Part shown: positions 62,205-64,000 of the stretch, piece after piece
Layout: every line of letters begins with the position of its first letter
Position numbering within the stretch: position 1 is the first letter of the stretch
Assembly (NCBI RefSeq): GCF_000485595.1
Contig: NW_014577081.1
Location: 258,163 to 322,162 of the forward strand
DNA from: Priapulus caudatus
Taxonomy: Eukaryota
DNA length: 64,000 bases
Reading direction: 5' to 3'
The notes under the pieces: model-generated
Told to the model about the DNA's origin: nothing
What the model saw: only the letters and a program-made list of their open reading frames with translations
Database searches by the model: none
Made by a program: the position numbers and the translations under genes

Positions 62205-63079
62205 AATATCTGTACGTTATCATTGATGCAGCAAATACGTGAGCAGAAGTAAGTTGTGACCAAGGCGATCATGTTTGAGGTGCGATGGCAACCGGCGCGT
62301 GTGTCCGTGTGCATATTGAGCTGATGATATGCCCGCATGTGTAACGATACAGTGAATTACAAACTGAATTACACCGCCTGCAGATTACACCGTGCTATTA
62401 AATGATTACTTGCACACGATGATAGGTAATACTTGTATGTATGAATGGGCGTTCAAATGTCTGACGCATTTTTCAGCTAAATTGCTGCTGCGGGCGCGTT
62501 TATAGTTCATCTCTTGGGTACGAATGCGCACTTCGTATCATAGCTAGTACCTTTATGCCAATTAGAGCAATGTAGCTTGTTCATGCGGGGAACGTGGGCC
62601 TATGCTCTACTCGAATAATGAGTTAAACCCTCACATCAGCGCGATACCTAGAATTTAATGGCGTTATCCTCGCGGGGATTTATCCGAAATCATTTGTTCG
62701 GCCGGCAATGTGAAGTGGGCCGCGTAACTGGCCGCGTGTAACTGGGCCGCGTAGGTTACTGGGCTCGCTGTTTGTTGACGGGACGGTGGCCACATGTCCT
62801 GTCTACAGGCCCTGTCTAATCGCACCCGCTCAGCTGCTGCCTACCCTATCTAATCGTGCTCGCCGTGTGCGTACGTGCGTGTTGATCCACCCGGCCTCGC
62901 CATCGCTAGATTGCCTGCGCGCGTGTTAGCCGAGCTTCGCTCATGACAGTGCAATTAGGCTACTGTAGGGAGCGAGCGCCTATTGATCAGTAGCACTAGG
63001 GGCAAGAACATGGAAACTAACGTAAAGAGAGATTTCATCTGTGTGTAACAACAAAATCCCGCTGCCTGCCGGTATGCGA

Positions 63080-63322
63080 TGTTGCTGCCTGCCACTGCTG
63101 CTACTGCTGCCGCTGCTACTACTGCCACTGCTGCTACTGCTGCCGCTGATACTACTGCTGCTGCTGGTGTTGTTGTTGTTGTTGTTGTTGCTGCTACTAC
63201 TACTGCTGCTGCTACTGTTGCTGCTTCTGCTGCTGCTGCTGCGGTTGCTGTTGCTGCGGCTGCTGCTGCTACTGATGCTAATGCTGTGGTTGCCACTTCT
63301 GCTACGGCTACTAATGCTGCTG

Positions 63323-63374
<52 letters not shown>

Positions 63375-63432
63375 GGCTCCTCCTCCTGCTGCTGCTGCTT
63401 CTGCGGTTGCTGCCGCTACTACTATTGCTGCG
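63080..63432. repeat. Compound (CTG/CTA/GTT)n trinucleotide repeat
   Basis: Direct inspection; open in several frames only because of low complexity. Confidence 0.93.
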
Positions 63433-64000
63433 CGCTACAGTGGCCGAGGTTTTATACTGCAAGCTGGCTGATTGCGGCCGACTGCTATAATCCCTTGGAC
63501 ATTTTGCTGTAGTTTGAAGCCCAATCACCTGCTGAACAATCAACTACGATTAATAACGATGAGATCCCATAGCAGTAAATGCCCGCCAGTCACACAGTCA
63601 GTCTGACACTTGCTTGAGGGTATTTTTAGACGGTGCATCCTAATTTACACGTTCGATCAGATGTCATGTCCACTAATAAAAGGTGCAAAAATAATTTTAA
63701 TGAAAATAGAACAGAATTATTCACATTTACTTAGCATTTGCTCGTTAACAACTAAATGCTCAGCTGCGCGGCCAGGGCAGACGAACGTAGTTTTACCCGT
63801 AATGAGATTAATGCATTAGTAATTCCAAGCACATGTTAGCTCAGTGAAAGTCGCCCATAAAAGTCGTTTAAGACCAACAGTCGTGCGCGGGATCGCTGGC
63901 TGTTACTACTACTAAAAGTCGCGTAGGTTACCAAGCAAAACCCGCCGCTGAAGTGACGAGGCGCTTAGCGCGTGGAGGCTGTGGGGCATGACGACTGAGG

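Noticed and set aside
62955..63543. Poly-Ala/Ser/Leu ORFs of 113-187 aa
   Set aside because: Trinucleotide microsatellite with no convincing splice context or domain.

Overview
This is eukaryotic (invertebrate animal) genomic DNA: intron-rich, dense in microsatellites and small non-autonomous DNA transposons, with no operons, rRNA, tRNA or CRISPR arrays seen. The one well-supported gene lies in the first 10 kb. It is a multi-exon extracellular protein with the order ZP-N (cuticlin-like), linker, EB-type Cys module, tandem EGF array, C-terminal PAN/apple domain. Its exons run on the minus strand from about 10.0 kb to 3.98 kb, while the terminal PAN exon is on the plus strand behind an inverted, indel-rich second copy that has 9 EGF repeats instead of 5. 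One intron holds a PIF/Harbinger derivative (TTA TSD) that keeps an open MADF/Myb exon between arrays of perfect palindromes. The 13-38.7 kb region is almost entirely redundant: a ~700-bp satellite built from two MITEs and a microsatellite, ~215-bp and 540-bp tandem repeats, and multi-kb blocks present three or four times in both orientations. Most copies carry insertion-rich noise and lie near N gaps, which points to raw long-read gap filling rather than biology. The rest holds Tx1/L1 and Academ relics, MITEs with 8-bp, 9-bp or TTAA TSDs, and weak exon and promoter signals. I found no convincing wholly new biological system; the best leads are the ZP-N/EB/EGF/PAN architecture with variable EGF number, the MITE-derived satellite and the MADF-retaining Harbinger.
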